A DNA stretch of 64,000 nt from Felis catus (lineage: Eukaryota), in NCBI RefSeq assembly GCF_018350175.1, contig NC_058368.1:196542001-196606000 (forward strand), in the 5' to 3' direction. Below the pieces are notes generated by a model, which saw only the letters and a program-made list of their open reading frames with translations, had not been told where the DNA came from and ran no database searches. The position numbers were made by a program, and so were the translations under genes. This document shows, piece by piece, positions 36,411-48,675 of this stretch (positions within the stretch are counted from its first letter, which is position 1; the number at the start of each line of letters is the position of its first letter).

Positions 36411-39240
36411 GCAGTTGAACAGTATTTCAGTGTTTCGTTCACTGTCGTTAATTTAAGCATTGAGGGACATTTTTGTTGTTTCCATTCTTCTAATTGTACA
36501 AATGGTGCTTTGACCTATTATTATGCTTTCCTTGTGCCCTCTATCCCCACTCCCTAGAAGGGGCTTGGTCTTTTGATCACTTGCCCCTCAGGGCCACTGT
36601 GTGGTACAACACGAAGTAACCATTCTCAGGCTCAGGAAGAGATCCCTTCCCACTTTGGGCCTCTGAGGAAAATTATGCTAAACTGTCCCAGATGAGGAAA
36701 GAATGGAGAACCAAGTGGTAGGGGGAAGGGAGATTTGAAAGCCTCCCCACAGCTGAGACATGGGCTAGGCTTTGCAGGATGCTTGAGTGGCAAGAATCTG
36801 GGCCTCTCTCTGCCCTGGGCAGGTAGGGAAGCCTCCCATATGGGTTGCCCTGGGAGGCTAACGTCATAGCAAGGACTCCTGAACCCTTGTGAAGAGCAGA
36901 ATGGTTGGCCTTTCAGGGGCCATACCGACTTGAACAAAGGGTACACTTATGGTATCAGGGTGAACAAAAGGCCAGAGGGTTGTTTTCTGTCTGTATCGAG
37001 TTAGAACAACATACCTTCACATGAACCTGGGGTGGGACAGCAGTCATAATAGTTACCAGGATTTAATATCTTGCCAGCACTGTGGGATGGGGACTTGGAA
37101 CATATACCATTTGATTTGGAGAAAGACAAGAAATGTGATTCTTAACCAGGATGAAGGAGCACAAGTCACTCTTAGTACAAATATTTAGGTACAGAAAATG
37201 ATCTGTTATTTGACTTTTTACAGTGATCACAAGCCCCAGAATCCCAGATTTGTTCTTCCGGGGATATGTGCTAGGTGCTATGGGAGAGGATCATTCAAAA
37301 TAGAACATGATCTTTGCATTAAAATATTGACTTTTCCATTATATCTTTACTTAAACTCTTGAATTTTTGGATAGCCAAGACAATATCTTCAAGGATTAAC
37401 AGTGAAGTTGTTTTGTCCTTCTGGGAAAGTTTTTTCTTAACAAGGTAAGAAAATAACCAAGAAAGTATGCAAAGATTTCACTATGCAAATATTCACTGGT
37501 AGTACCAAAAAATTAGAAATAGCCTAAATAACCAACGGTTGGAAATATGTTAAACAAATTATGGTACAGCCACACAATGGAAGTCTATGAGCCATTAAAG
37601 AAGAATATTCAATGGCACAGAAAGCTATTTACATATGTTATTACACAAAAAATACATATTACATAGTCAGCTTTGTCATAAAAATTATATTTATATAATT
37701 ATAAAAGAAAGATGTACATCGAAATGTTTTCTCTGGGTGGTAACTCTTACGTTCTTTTTATTTGCCTGTATTTTCTCAATTTTCTACAACACCAAGATGT
37801 ATAACATTATAAAGAGAAAAATAATAAAAGTTTTTGTTTAAAAAAATAATAGGGAAATAGACATATTTGCATTGCTTCTGCTTTCTACAAATACCACTGC
37901 CTCATACTTAGCTTATATTATCATTATTAAAGGTTACGTTTATTGAGAACTGGCCATCAATGAAGTTCAATAGATACACTACCTCCAATCCTCACAACAG
38001 CTCTATAAAATAAGTATTATTGTTATCCACAATTTTCAAATGAGAAAACTGGGACCAAATGTTAAGTATTTTGCCAAATGTCAAAGTTTGTGAATGATAG
38101 AGGATTCAAACTCAACCCACGTTGGATCCAAAGCCCAGGTGCAATCTCCTGCCTGTTGTCTTATCTACTGCTGTGGTCACAAGGCAGGTATTCATGATCT
38201 AATTTTACCGGTCTTTTCAGGAGTCCCCAGAGTTCCTAACCATTTTTGAGTTACAGATACCTTTCAGAATCTGAGCTTTAGGAAAATGCACAGAAAGTTA
38301 AAATGCACATAGGACAAACTTTTACCAGGCTCATCCATTAACCCATCTTAGACCCTCAGAGTTCAAACAAGGAGAACATCACAGACTAGCCAAGCTTCAG
38401 GGACAGACCAACAGGTAAGCCAAGTAGTCGAATCAAGTTACTAAGTCAACACATGGCCGGACAATTTGGAACTGATAACAACTGTAGGTCAAGGGTAAGA
38501 ACAAGTGAAACATGGGAATGAGCCAAGGTAAGTATAAATGTGGGTGGAGACCAACCAGGCTGTTCCAGCAGTTATAAGGATGGAGCCCGGGAACTGCCTT
38601 CCCTTCTGTGGCTTCACCTAGGACATGGAGTTTGACAAGCCAGGAGAGAAAAGGCCTTCAGCCAGGAAATGGAGGCCCAGTCAACATTTGACACCAGTGA
38701 AATGTGCGGAAGGGGAATACTCAGTGCCAAGTTTCCTAGGGGGGCCCAATAACATGTGAATTACCCAGGCCTACACCACTCTTTCTCATGTCTCTCTTTC
38801 CCAGTCAGCCAGAAAGGAAAGTCTTCCACACTCTTCTTGCTTCTATGCCCACTCCCTTCTCTCCACTCTCTCCATCCCCATCCTAGACCCGTTCCTTTGC
38901 TCTGGGAAGATTGCAACCACCTCCTTACTGACTTACTAGCCCCAGATTCATCTTCCTAATGCTGGTGTTTGAAACCTCTTTGCCATGGCCTCAGCTTGCA
39001 TACCTTCAATGACAGGGAGCACACTATCTTTAAGGTAATCCAGTTAATCTTTGAAAGTTATGATAGCTAATGATGATTGGATAACTACTATTAAATTGAG
39101 CTGTATGAGATTGCCATTTGTGTAGGACGAAAATAATCAAATAGGGGTAATTTCATAGGGTTCAACTTAATATACCCTGGGTACATAGCTTTTTGCACTC
39201 TACTGTATACTATCTCACTTAATCTCCCCAACAGTCCTGG

Positions 39241-39400
39241 CAAACCATAAGAGACTCATAAATACTGAGAACAAACTGAGGGTTGATGGGGAGTGGGAGG
39301 GAGGGTAGGGTGGGTGACGGGTATTGAGGAGGGCACCTGTTGGGATGAGCACTGGGTGTTGTATGGAAACCAATTTGACCATAAATTTCATTTTAAAAAA
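39241..39400 (+). mobile_element. Short felid L1 3' end inside a MIR
   Basis: aaaccataagagactc...gagcactgggtgttgtatggaaaccaatttgac, A tail. Confidence 0.85.
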
Positions 39401-39834
39401 AGCAAAATGAGGGCCAGGGGAAATTAAATAATTTACACAGATAGTAAATGACAGGCCCAGGTCTGAGTCCTGAGCTCTACCTCTTAAGTGCTCTGGGTAC
39501 TGCCTTCTTATAATAACCTCTACCTGGGTCCCCCCTGAACAAACTGGCATGCTCTCCACCCCCAACAGTCTTTCAGAGCTTCCTCCCAATCGAATGTCCC
39601 TGGTTCCTTTACTATTGCTATTAACAGGAAGGATGCACGATGGGGAGCCTATGGAGAACTTACACCCAACTTTGGAATTTATGGCACTAATATGCTGACC
39701 ATTCCTATTCCTTCCAAAAAACCGCCTCACCAAACACCTTTCCACAAATGCCTCTCCTTGACCCAGTTGGTGCCTTGCTTTGTCCTATTTCTTTCCTTTA
39801 TTCCCTCTTTTTACCTCCAAACTCGGAGCCTTAA

Positions 39835-40190
39835 AATCACCTATGGCCCCAGCAATTACACTGCTGGGTATATACCCACTACAGTTGAAAACATATCCCC
39901 ATAAAGAGGAATTGAGTTCTGACACATGCTACAACGTGGGTGAACCTTGAAAACATCATGCTAAGTGCAAATAGTCTGGGCCACATATTGTATAGTTCCA
40001 TCTATATAAAATGTCCAGAAGAGGTCAATCATTAGAGAGAGCAAATAGATTAGTGGTCACCAGGGGATGAGAAAGTAGATTAGTGGGGGTGTACCATAAC
40101 AAACATACTAAAAACCACTGAACTCTACACTTTATACCCTTTACAAGGGTGAACTTTATGTTATATGAATTATATATCTCAATTTAAAAT
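39835..40190 (+). mobile_element. Ancient L1M 3' fragments
   Basis: ccagcaattacactgctgggtatatacc, gacacatgctacaacgtgggtgaaccttgaaaacatcatgctaagtg. Confidence 0.75.
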
Positions 40191-41511
40191 AATTCAAGTC
40201 ACTTATGACTAGCGTCACCTGACTTTTCAAAACTTTCCAGTTTCTTCACCTGTGAAATGTGGACCTCGGAATAAAGAATATTCTAAATAAACAGTTCCAG
40301 CTAGTCTTTCTGGAGAGTCCTTTAGGAAGGCTTATGATCAGGAACGGACAGGTCAGCCGTTCCTGGTCAGCCCTCCTCCACTCTGAGCCCATCTGGAATC
40401 ATGGATCCAGGCGTGTTGTAGATACAGTATTAGATGTTTTGTGGATAGGGAAATATTGCTTTGTGGATAAGGAAATCAACAAAGCCTTGTTGAGGACAGA
40501 CTTTCTCAAGGTCACAGAATGAATCAGTGGCATTGCTGGGTCTACAGTCCTGTTTTCTTCTTTCTAGTAGTACATGTTCTTTTCTAGACTAGATTACACA
40601 GAAAAATCTTTCCTAATCCTACAGGTAGCCCCTCCTCCGAGTGAAAGAAGCTTCAGATTTCCTTCTGCTGATATTCTGAAATCAGGCCCATTTAGCAAGC
40701 ATGCTAGGAGGTCACCTGCTGCAAATATCTGCTTATCTGTTCCTACCCAATAATTAGAACTGAAGTCTTTCAAAAGGCTTGGTTTCTTCATTCGGGCATA
40801 TTGAAAAATGAGGTAAAAGTAGATTTCTTGTGGAACAGTGGCTTATATTCCCGCCAGAACTAAGCCTGGTGGGTATATTATGGGAAAGCACATGAGCTGA
40901 GCTTTTGTGATTTTGAAAATAGATGAAGTTTTACTCCTATCCTCAAAGAGCTTGAGTTTGAGGAGAGTGCAGATGTGCAGAAGTAATACAGCCTAGAATA
41001 AAGAAACTCCCATCAGGATGGAAGGAAACCAATAGTTTGGGGATTCCAAATAGGAAAAGAGTCTAGCTGGGACATCAAAGTATCCATGGAGGGAATGGCA
41101 TTGGGACTGGGTAGAAGGGACAGGCAGAGGGCACATAAAGAACAGAGGTGCAAAACCCAGAAAAAAAAGACAAACACTAGGGTTGAGCTTAGAGTTCATG
41201 TAGAGAAATTGTGAAAATCAAAGCAGAAACAGTATTGGGGCCACCTTCTGGAGATCTGTTAATGCCAGGATTAAGAAAAGTTGCTGACTTACTGAGGGGA
41301 GGAGGTGGGGTAAGAAAGGTCTGATATACCCTGGTATAGTCTTGGAGAGCAAAATTAGCATTATTTATCCAAACCCTTACAGAGCTATAAGCTCTTTGGG
41401 CCTGGGATCTCACTGCTAGGTATTTTTACTTAAAAATATAAGGATGTTCATTACAGCATTATTTACAATACTAGAAAATTATACAAACAACCTAAAAATC
41501 TAACTGTAGAG

Positions 41512-41722
41512 CCATGGCTCTCAACAGAGAGGATTTTGATCCCAGGGGACATTTAGAAATGTCTGGATCCATTTTTGGTTGTTACAACTTGAAGGAGAAT
41601 TCTACTGGTGCCTAGTAGGTGGAGCCCAGGGGTGCCACTAAATAAACATCCTACAATATATAAGACAGCCCCCACAACAAAGAATTACTGGCCCATATGT
41701 TGATAGTGCCAAGGTTGACAAT
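41512..41722. mobile_element. MER20 (hAT-Charlie)
   Basis: ggggacatttagaaatgtctgga...taaacatcctacaat...cccccacaacaaagaatta...gtgccaaggttga. Confidence 0.8.
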
Positions 41723-41823
41723 ATGTATGTATTTATATATACATAGACTTATAGATCTATATATAAATCTTTAAAATATATGTGAAATCTTATAAATAAT
41801 ATATATCTTGATATTTTCCTAGA

Positions 41824-41861
<38 letters not shown>
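41824..41861. repeat. (TG)n microsatellite
   Basis: Direct observation. Confidence 0.95.
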
Positions 41862-41863
<2 letters not shown>

Positions 41864-41996
41864 TCCACATATTTAAGAATATCCAAAAAATATTGGCAAT
41901 GATAGTATCTGGGATTACATTTGATTTCAATTTTTTTCCTTTGTGTCTTCTTGTATTTTCTAAGTTGTACTCAAGAATATATAAGAGTTTTGATTT

Positions 41997-42410
41997 TGTA
42001 TTAGGGTTCTCTAGAGAATTGACTCATATGGTCATGGTCCCACAGTCTGCTGTTCGCAAACTGGAGAACCAGGAAAGCCATTGGTATAATTCAGTCTGAG
42101 TCCAAAGGCTGAGAACCAGGGGACCAACAGTGTAAGTCCTGGTCTGAATCTGAGGACCAAGGATGCCCATATCGAAGGGCAGGGGGAGGTGGATGTCCTA
42201 GTTCAGACAGAGGGCACATTCATCCTTCATCCACCTTTTTGTTCTCTTCAAGCCCTCTGCGGATTCATGATGCCAGCTGCACTGGTCTACCAATTCAAAT
42301 GTCAATCTCTTCTAAAAACACCCTCATAGACACACCCAGAAGTAATGTTTTACCAGCTCTCTGGGTATCCTTTAGCCCCATCAAGTTGGCATATGAAATT
42401 AACCATCACA
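41997..42410. mobile_element. MLT2 (ERVL) solo LTR
   Basis: tgtattagggttctctagaga ... aaattaaccatcaca termini; near-identical 5-bp flanks gattt/gactt. Confidence 0.8.
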
Positions 42411-43201
42411 GACTTACAATTAAAACACTTTTTTACTGAGCATCAAGAATGTGGGGCAGCATCGCAAGGCCTAGGGAATCAGCCCTGGCAGGTCCCGCCC
42501 TCACGGAAGTCACAGTAGAGATGTGAAGACAAACAAAAGACAAAGAAACAAAAAACAAACAAGATAATTTCTAACAGTAATAAATGCAATCGAAGAAATA
42601 AATAGGATGATGTGACGGGCAGGACCTGGGAAGGGCACATACTTGGGATGAGACAACGAGGCATGATTAGCGTGAGCTGACACCTTGAGGTCGAGAAGGA
42701 GGTGGTGTGCAGAGAGATGGGAAAGAGCATTCCAGATAGAGGACTCACGTCATTTATGGTGAGGACGTGTGGAGAAATTCCGGTCGCTGCATGGCCCGCC
42801 AGACCAAGGGGTCACCTGTGTATACAGTGCGGAATGGACGCAATACCCCGAGAATTTATCACACGCTACAATACAGGAAGTAATCTGCTTTCCATTGAAG
42901 TTCATTTGCAAAGTTCAAAGTGCCAGCAACAGTCTATTAGCCTGCATTCCACAGTGTTTACAACACAGAGACACCAGGTTCTCGCAGCCACGTTCATGGA
43001 AACGAAAGCACAGTTTCATCTCAGAAGGAGAATGTTCTCTTTCTCTCCAGGTGTCCTGGATGGAGGGTACTTCAGTGAAGAGTCAGGTGTTTCAAGGTTC
43101 AAAAAGAGCTGATAGCATCTAGACTGTTGTGTACGTTTCTGACTGATAGTCCAAAAAGGTACGGATTGTAGCCAGAAAAACCACATTAAAGTGCCAAGAG
43201 A

Positions 43202-43450
43202 GGGGCACCTGGGTGGCTCAATTGGCTGAGCGTTGGCCCTCAGCTCAGGTCATGATCTCACAGTTCGTGGGTTTGAGCCCCTCATCGGGCTCTGCGCTGA
43301 CAGCTCAGCCTGGAGCCTGCTTCGGATTCTGTGTCTCCCTCTCTCTCTGTCCCTCCCCCACTCTCTCTCTCTCTGTCTCTCTGTCTCTCTTTCTCTCTCT
43401 CAAAACTAAGTAAGCATTAAAAAAATTAAAAATAAAGAAAAATAAAGACA
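43202..43450 (+). mobile_element. Can-SINE ~0.8-1 kb upstream of the PDE6A ATG
   Basis: SINEC head, CT tract, A-rich tail. Confidence 0.9.
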
Positions 43451-44014
43451 ATTAAAGAATCGTTGAAATCTAAGCCTGGGAAAGGTGCAGCTTCTTAAAT
43501 CGGGAGACCCGTAAGTGCCAGACTCATGATGTACACAGGGAAGCAGGCTGAATGGTGAGCATGTGCAGTGAGGCCATCCTGGGGAGGACCTGGGAAGGAG
43601 GACACAGAAGGGTGGGGTGAGGGGTCGGGGGATGGGAGCTGGGTGGGCAGTCCCCCTCAGCTCTAGCCATCCCTGCCAGGGAGGAAAGTGGGCACAGAGC
43701 TGCTGACTCTTCTGATTCTCCAAGAGAAGCTGAATAAATCTCCTAAACAGCAAATGCAGACTTCTGTGTCGAACGTTGCAGAAAAACACCCTACAGGGCA
43801 GAGAAAACACACCTACAGGAGCAGGTGTGCTGCCTGTGTGTAGGTGAAAACACACCTAGAGCAGGTGTCCCTGTGCTGTCTGTTGGCAGCCTCTGCTTTG
43901 GGGTTGTTTTAGTTTTGCCCACCTCCTGCTCTGTTTAGAAATCCCTTCTCCGCTCTTAGGCCAAGGTGAAAAGGAAACTCTCACCTTCTCCCATCTGGGG
44001 CCTGGCAGCATCTG

Positions 44015-44249
44015 GAACACTGATCCTCATAATCCTTGTTCTCGGGAAATATTAATGATTTAATCTCCCGAGCTCCCTCCCTCCCTCCCTCACCTCTGCA
44101 GCCATACCAGCTGAAATCCACGGGCCAGACCCACAGAAGCCCAGGTCGGAACAAAACGCATCCTGACTCAGTTTCGCCACGGACCGTCAAACCGCCCTGG
44201 GAAGGCCAGCTTTAGCCCTTCCACGCAAGCGGCCAGAGGGATTCCAGCC
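44015..44249 (+). promoter_or_regulatory. PDE6A rod-photoreceptor proximal promoter / 5'UTR
   Basis: CRX/OTX-type TAATCC (44030-44035) and TAATCT (44061-44066), AT-rich ATTAAT, AP-1/MARE-like TGACTCA (44164-44170), directly before the ATG. Confidence 0.75.
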
Positions 44250-44723
44250 ATGGGTGAGGTGACAGCAGAGGAGGTGGAGAAGTTCCTGGACTCGAATGTC
44301 AGCTTTGCCAAGCAGTACTACAACCTCCGCTACCGGGCCAAGGTCATCTCGGACATGCTGGGGGCCAAGGAGGCCGCGGTGGACTTCAGCAACTACCACT
44401 CGCTGAACAGCGTGGAGGAGAGTGAAATCATCTTTGACCTCCTGCGGGACTTCCAGGAGAATCTGCAGACCGAGAAATGCATCTTCAACGTCATGAAGAA
44501 GCTGTGCTTCCTTCTGCAGGCAGACCGCATGAGCCTGTTCATGTACAGGGTCCGAAACGGCATCGGGGAGCTGGCCACGCGGCTCTTCAATGTTCACAAG
44601 GATGCTGTCCTTGACGAATGCCTCGTGGTGCCCGACTCGGAGATCGTGTTCCCCCTGGATATGGGTGTGGTTGGTCACGTCGCACACTCTAAAAAGCTCG
44701 CCAACGTCCTCAACACAGAAGAG
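44250..44723 (+). CDS. PDE6A: PDE6A exon 1 coding part (158 codons, N-terminus and start of GAF-A)
   Basis: [16 protein letters not shown]...[12 protein letters not shown]...[15 protein letters not shown]. Kozak gccATGG, donor GAG|GTACCC. Confidence 0.97.
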
Positions 44724-44864
44724 GTACCCTCTTCCCCACAAGAAGGAGGGCGGGGAGGCATTATTCCATGGAGTCCCGGTGGGTACAAGCGGGGCGGGGA
44801 GCTGCTGGCCATCCAGACTGGGCTGGTGATGGTTTGGCACTTCTCTTTATTTATCGGCTTATAA

Positions 44865-45460
44865 CATTTTATTTTGGGGGGGGGGGGAATCCAAACCTAA
44901 CAGAAGAGTCTAAATACAGTATAGACAACTATCTACCTTTCATCCAAATGCATCAATTGGCCACGGCCTTGCCTCATTTGCTTTATCCCCATTTTTCTCG
45001 GACCCCTATGGGAGTCGACAGCGTGTACTGTATTTCCAGACATTTCCAGAACAGGGACATTTCTGTGTATTTCCAGAACAGGGACGTGTGTATTTCTAGA
45101 ACAGGGACGTTTCTCACATATGCACACCACGGTAACGAGATCCAGGAAATGTAAGCTTGATGCAATATCATCGTCTAATCAACAGTCCGTATTCAATTTT
45201 TGCCAATTGCCTCAATTACACCCAAATAGCACTAGCTCTGGTTTCCGTGACGCGGATGTTTTTGAAACGTACAGGCCAAATACTTTGCAGAGATGTCCCT
45301 CCACTTGGGCCCGTCTGTGTCTTCCTGATTAGAATCAGGGCGTGTGTTCCCATCAGGAGTAACATAGAGGGGATGTCGTGGTTATCTTTGCGCATTCCCT
45401 CAGGGGACATGTGGTGGCAGCCTGCCTCGTTACTGGAAATGTTAACGGTACCGCTTGGTT
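44865..45460 (-). mobile_element. Ancient L1M fragment carrying a short tandem repeat (45030-45110)
   Basis: Antisense L1 3'-region phrases. Core atttc(c/t)agaacagggac occurs three times. Confidence 0.55.
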
Positions 45461-45485
45461 AAGCCCTTGGCTCTCGCTCCTTCTT

Positions 45486-45719
45486 TTAAAAAAAAATTTT
45501 TTTTTAAGTTTATGCATTTATTTTGAGAGAGACAGAGACAGCATGAGTGGGGGAGGGGCAGAGAGAGAGAGAGAGAGGGAGAGAGAGAATCCCAAGCAGC
45601 CTCTGCACTGTCAGGGCAGAGCCTGACCTGCGGCTCAAACTCTTGAAACCGAGAGACCGTGACCTGAGCCGAGACCAAGAGTTGGATGCTTAACCCCCCC
45701 GGAGCTGCCCAGGTGCCCC
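45486..45719 (-). mobile_element. Can-SINE
   Basis: Reverse SINEC body. Confidence 0.9.
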
Positions 45720-46431
45720 TTGGCCCTCATTTGTGAGTCCAGCCTTCTGTGAGATTCTACTGGCAGCTCTGATGTAGACCTCTTTGATCACCGGGGACAG
45801 AGTACTTCATGCAGATCTCCCCATGGCCCTCTGCCCCAGGGCCAACTCCTACTTATCCTTTAGATCTCAGCCTAAAGGTCACTTCTTCATGGAGGCCCTC
45901 CCGTATCTCTTTGTTACAGGCTCCTTCCCCAAACCATTTTTCATAATAAGCCCGGGGGCCAGGGACCATGCCTGCCTTAATCTCCACGTTATCCCAGCAA
46001 ATGTCTGGCACAAAGCAGATGCTCAGCAAATACTTGGCATAAAAGATTCACCATCAAGTAATTATGCTTAATTCCTTTAACACCTGCCTTGCCCAAAACA
46101 ATGTTTGCCCCGTGAGAGCAGGGCCCAAGTGGGTCTCACGTATTGCAGCACTGACCTGACCAGGAGCCTGTGTTCAATCATTTCTAAGATGCAGCCTGGA
46201 CATTATGTGATTTTGCTCACCTGACTTCTGGTCTTAGTTCAGATTAAGCGTCATAAGGTTAAAAGGGGACAGAGGGGGTCTCAGAGATTATGTCATCTGA
46301 CTGTCTCATTTAATGGATGAGGAGCCTAGAGCCATGAGAGCTTGAGAAGGGGCTTGTCCAAAGTCACCAAGGAGTTAGGGCAGAGCGAGGCCCTCCCATC
46401 CACAAATGCAGGAATTCAAAAGGGTCATCTT

Positions 46432-46649
46432 GTTTTTAATGTTTATGTATTTATTTTGAGAGAAAGAGAGCAAGCAGTGGCGGGGGGGGGGGGGCGGCAG
46501 AGAGAGAAGGAAAGATTAAGAATCTCAAGCAGGCTCCACACTGTCAGCGCAGAGCCCGATGGAAGGCTTGACTTCACAAACTGTGAGATCATGACCTGAG
46601 CCCAAATCAAAAGTCAGATGTTCAACCAACTGAGCCACCCAGGCGCCCC
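46432..46649 (-). mobile_element. Can-SINE, TSD ggtcatctt
   Basis: Reverse SINEC body with flanking repeat. Confidence 0.88.
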
Positions 46650-46958
46650 AGGTCATCTTTTTTGACGTGGGTTCACTGACAAGATAAGAAGCACAGACTT
46701 TGGCCTCTGGGGCGATAGTTTTCTTGGAAATACACTGGGCTGGATCCCCCATGGGGTTCGTCTTTCCCTTGTTTCCCCTTGGACGTCCAAGGGTGGGGGT
46801 CGTGTTTCTGCCTCCAGGGGACTTTCAGCTGGACTGGGGACTGTTCTCCCTTCAACTGTCTCTAGACTGTCATTGTAGCCAACATGGATTGCCACGGTCT
46901 TCCGACGTAACTGATTATCCCTGTTTCACAGATGGTGGAACCAAAACCCAGAAAGGAT

Positions 46959-47112
46959 GGGGCACCTGGGTGGCTGAGTCACTTAAGCATCTGACTCTTG
47001 CTCTCAGCTCAGGTCTTGATCTCAGGGTCGTGAGTTGGGCTCTGGGTTGGGTGTGAAGCCTACTTAAAAACAAATATCAAACAAAACACAACAACAACAA
47101 CAATAACAAAAA
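46959..47112 (+). mobile_element. Short old Can-SINE with (CAA)n tail inside a MIR
   Basis: ggggcacctgggtggctgagtc...gaagcctacttaaaaa. Confidence 0.8.
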
Positions 47113-48058
47113 CACCCCAGAATGGTTAGTAAGTTGCTCAGAGCCACTCCGATAGAAAGTGGCAGAGCGGGTATTTGAATTCAGGCACTCTGGCCTTGTG
47201 CCCACACTCTTCACTGCTCAGCCATTCTCTTCTTCCTCCTTATCTATAAAGTGAGGGCACTGGACTAGATGCTATTCACCACTGGTCATTTCAAATCGTA
47301 TAGCAGAGAATAAAGAGGTTAAACTTTGAGGTCAGATCTGGATGTGAGTCATGACTCTGTGACTTTTTAAGAATCGTGCTTCGGCGTATTTTTGAGCCTA
47401 TCTGGGCTCACTTCCTAATTCATAAAATGGGACAGGAATACCGACTGCACAGTGTTGTCGTAGGATTAAAGGAGAGAATTATTTCTCATCTAGCAAGGTT
47501 CTTGGCACATTGTTATCGCTCCTACTGGCCGACCCTGCTCCTTATTGTTATTGTTATTGTTTTGTTGTTGTTAAGGCTCTATTCTAAGGGAGGGATGCTG
47601 TACCAGGTCTGTGTGGGAGTTGGACAAGAAGGTCCTTCCGGAGCTTTCAGTTTAGAGTCTGTTGGTGGGAAAAACAGAAGAGAGGCGCTAAGAGGTTCTG
47701 TAGATCCTGGTGTTAAGTGACTGAGGATTTAGGCAGATGCTCTGATGCTAACGTATCCTTGTTGAAGAGCTGGCTGAGCCTCTGTGCTAAGGGATGGCCT
47801 GCTATTCCGGGCCGCGCCCCCCCCTTCAAGCCCAAAGTTCACTGTGGAGTAATGCCTGCATTCCCCTGGGGCAAGCCTGGGGCAGTCTCCCTGGCTGGTG
47901 ACTCAGCACCCTCAAAAAAACTTGGGAAATGGCTACTATCAGTGGAGTTTTGAAATGTGAAACCATGAATGGAGAAGTTTCCCAGGGTTGTAATAAAATT
48001 CCCACGTCCTAGCAAATTCCTGCTTATACCCTGGGATATCCTCAGGAAGACTTGCCGT

Positions 48059-48487
48059 TAGGATTGCCGGATAAAATATAGGATTCCCAGTAACATTTGA
48101 ATTTAAAATTTTTTTTTTAAGTTGATTTTTTTATTTTGAATGAAATAGAGAGAGATCATGTGAGCGTGCATGAGTGGGGGATGGGCAGAGAGAGAGGGAG
48201 AGAAAGAATCCCAAGCAAACTCTTGGCTGTCAGCGCAGAGCCCGACTTGGGGCTCGAACTCACAAATCATGAGATCGTGACCTGAGCCAGAATCAAGAGT
48301 GGGATGCTTAGCCAACTGAGCCACCCAGGCGCCCCAAAATTTGAATTTTAGATAAACAAAGAATAATATCTTAGTGTAAGTATGTACCATGCAATATTTA
48401 GGACATACTTATACTTTAAAAAGTATTTACTTGAAATTCAAATTTAACTAGGCATCTTGTATTTATTTGCTAAATCTGGCAACCTTA
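48059..48487. mobile_element. MER53 palindromic hAT MITE interrupted by a Can-SINE (48106-48335, minus)
   Basis: Termini taggattgccggataaaatatagg / aaatctggcaacctta; central inverted repeat agtgtaagtatgt...acatacttatact. SINE TSD atttgaattta. Confidence 0.8.
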
Positions 48488-48675
48488 CTAGCCCTTCAAT
48501 ATTTGTGTGTGTTTTATTCTTTACCCTTTCTCCTTAGGAAAGCCCACAAGGCCTGCCTGTTCCTGTCTGGCTTATAAACCACTGGCCTCAGCACCTAGTC
48601 AGTGCCTGGGACAGAGTGGGTACTCATTACAGATTATTGCATGAATTAATAAATGATGACCCTTCCCAGTTGGCT

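Noticed and set aside
43609..43648. G-quadruplex-capable G-runs (also 6937-6963, 12034-12048, 19947-19972)
   Set aside because: Common in mammalian DNA, with no further evidence of function.
44187..44840. 217-aa antisense ORF over PDE6A exon 1
   Set aside because: Shadow frame of a GC3-rich coding exon.
44724..44864. 46-codon extension of the PDE6A exon 1 ORF
   Set aside because: Lies past the donor; PDE6A homology resumes in frame at exon 2. The same applies to the extensions of ORFs 52163, 53220 and 53768.
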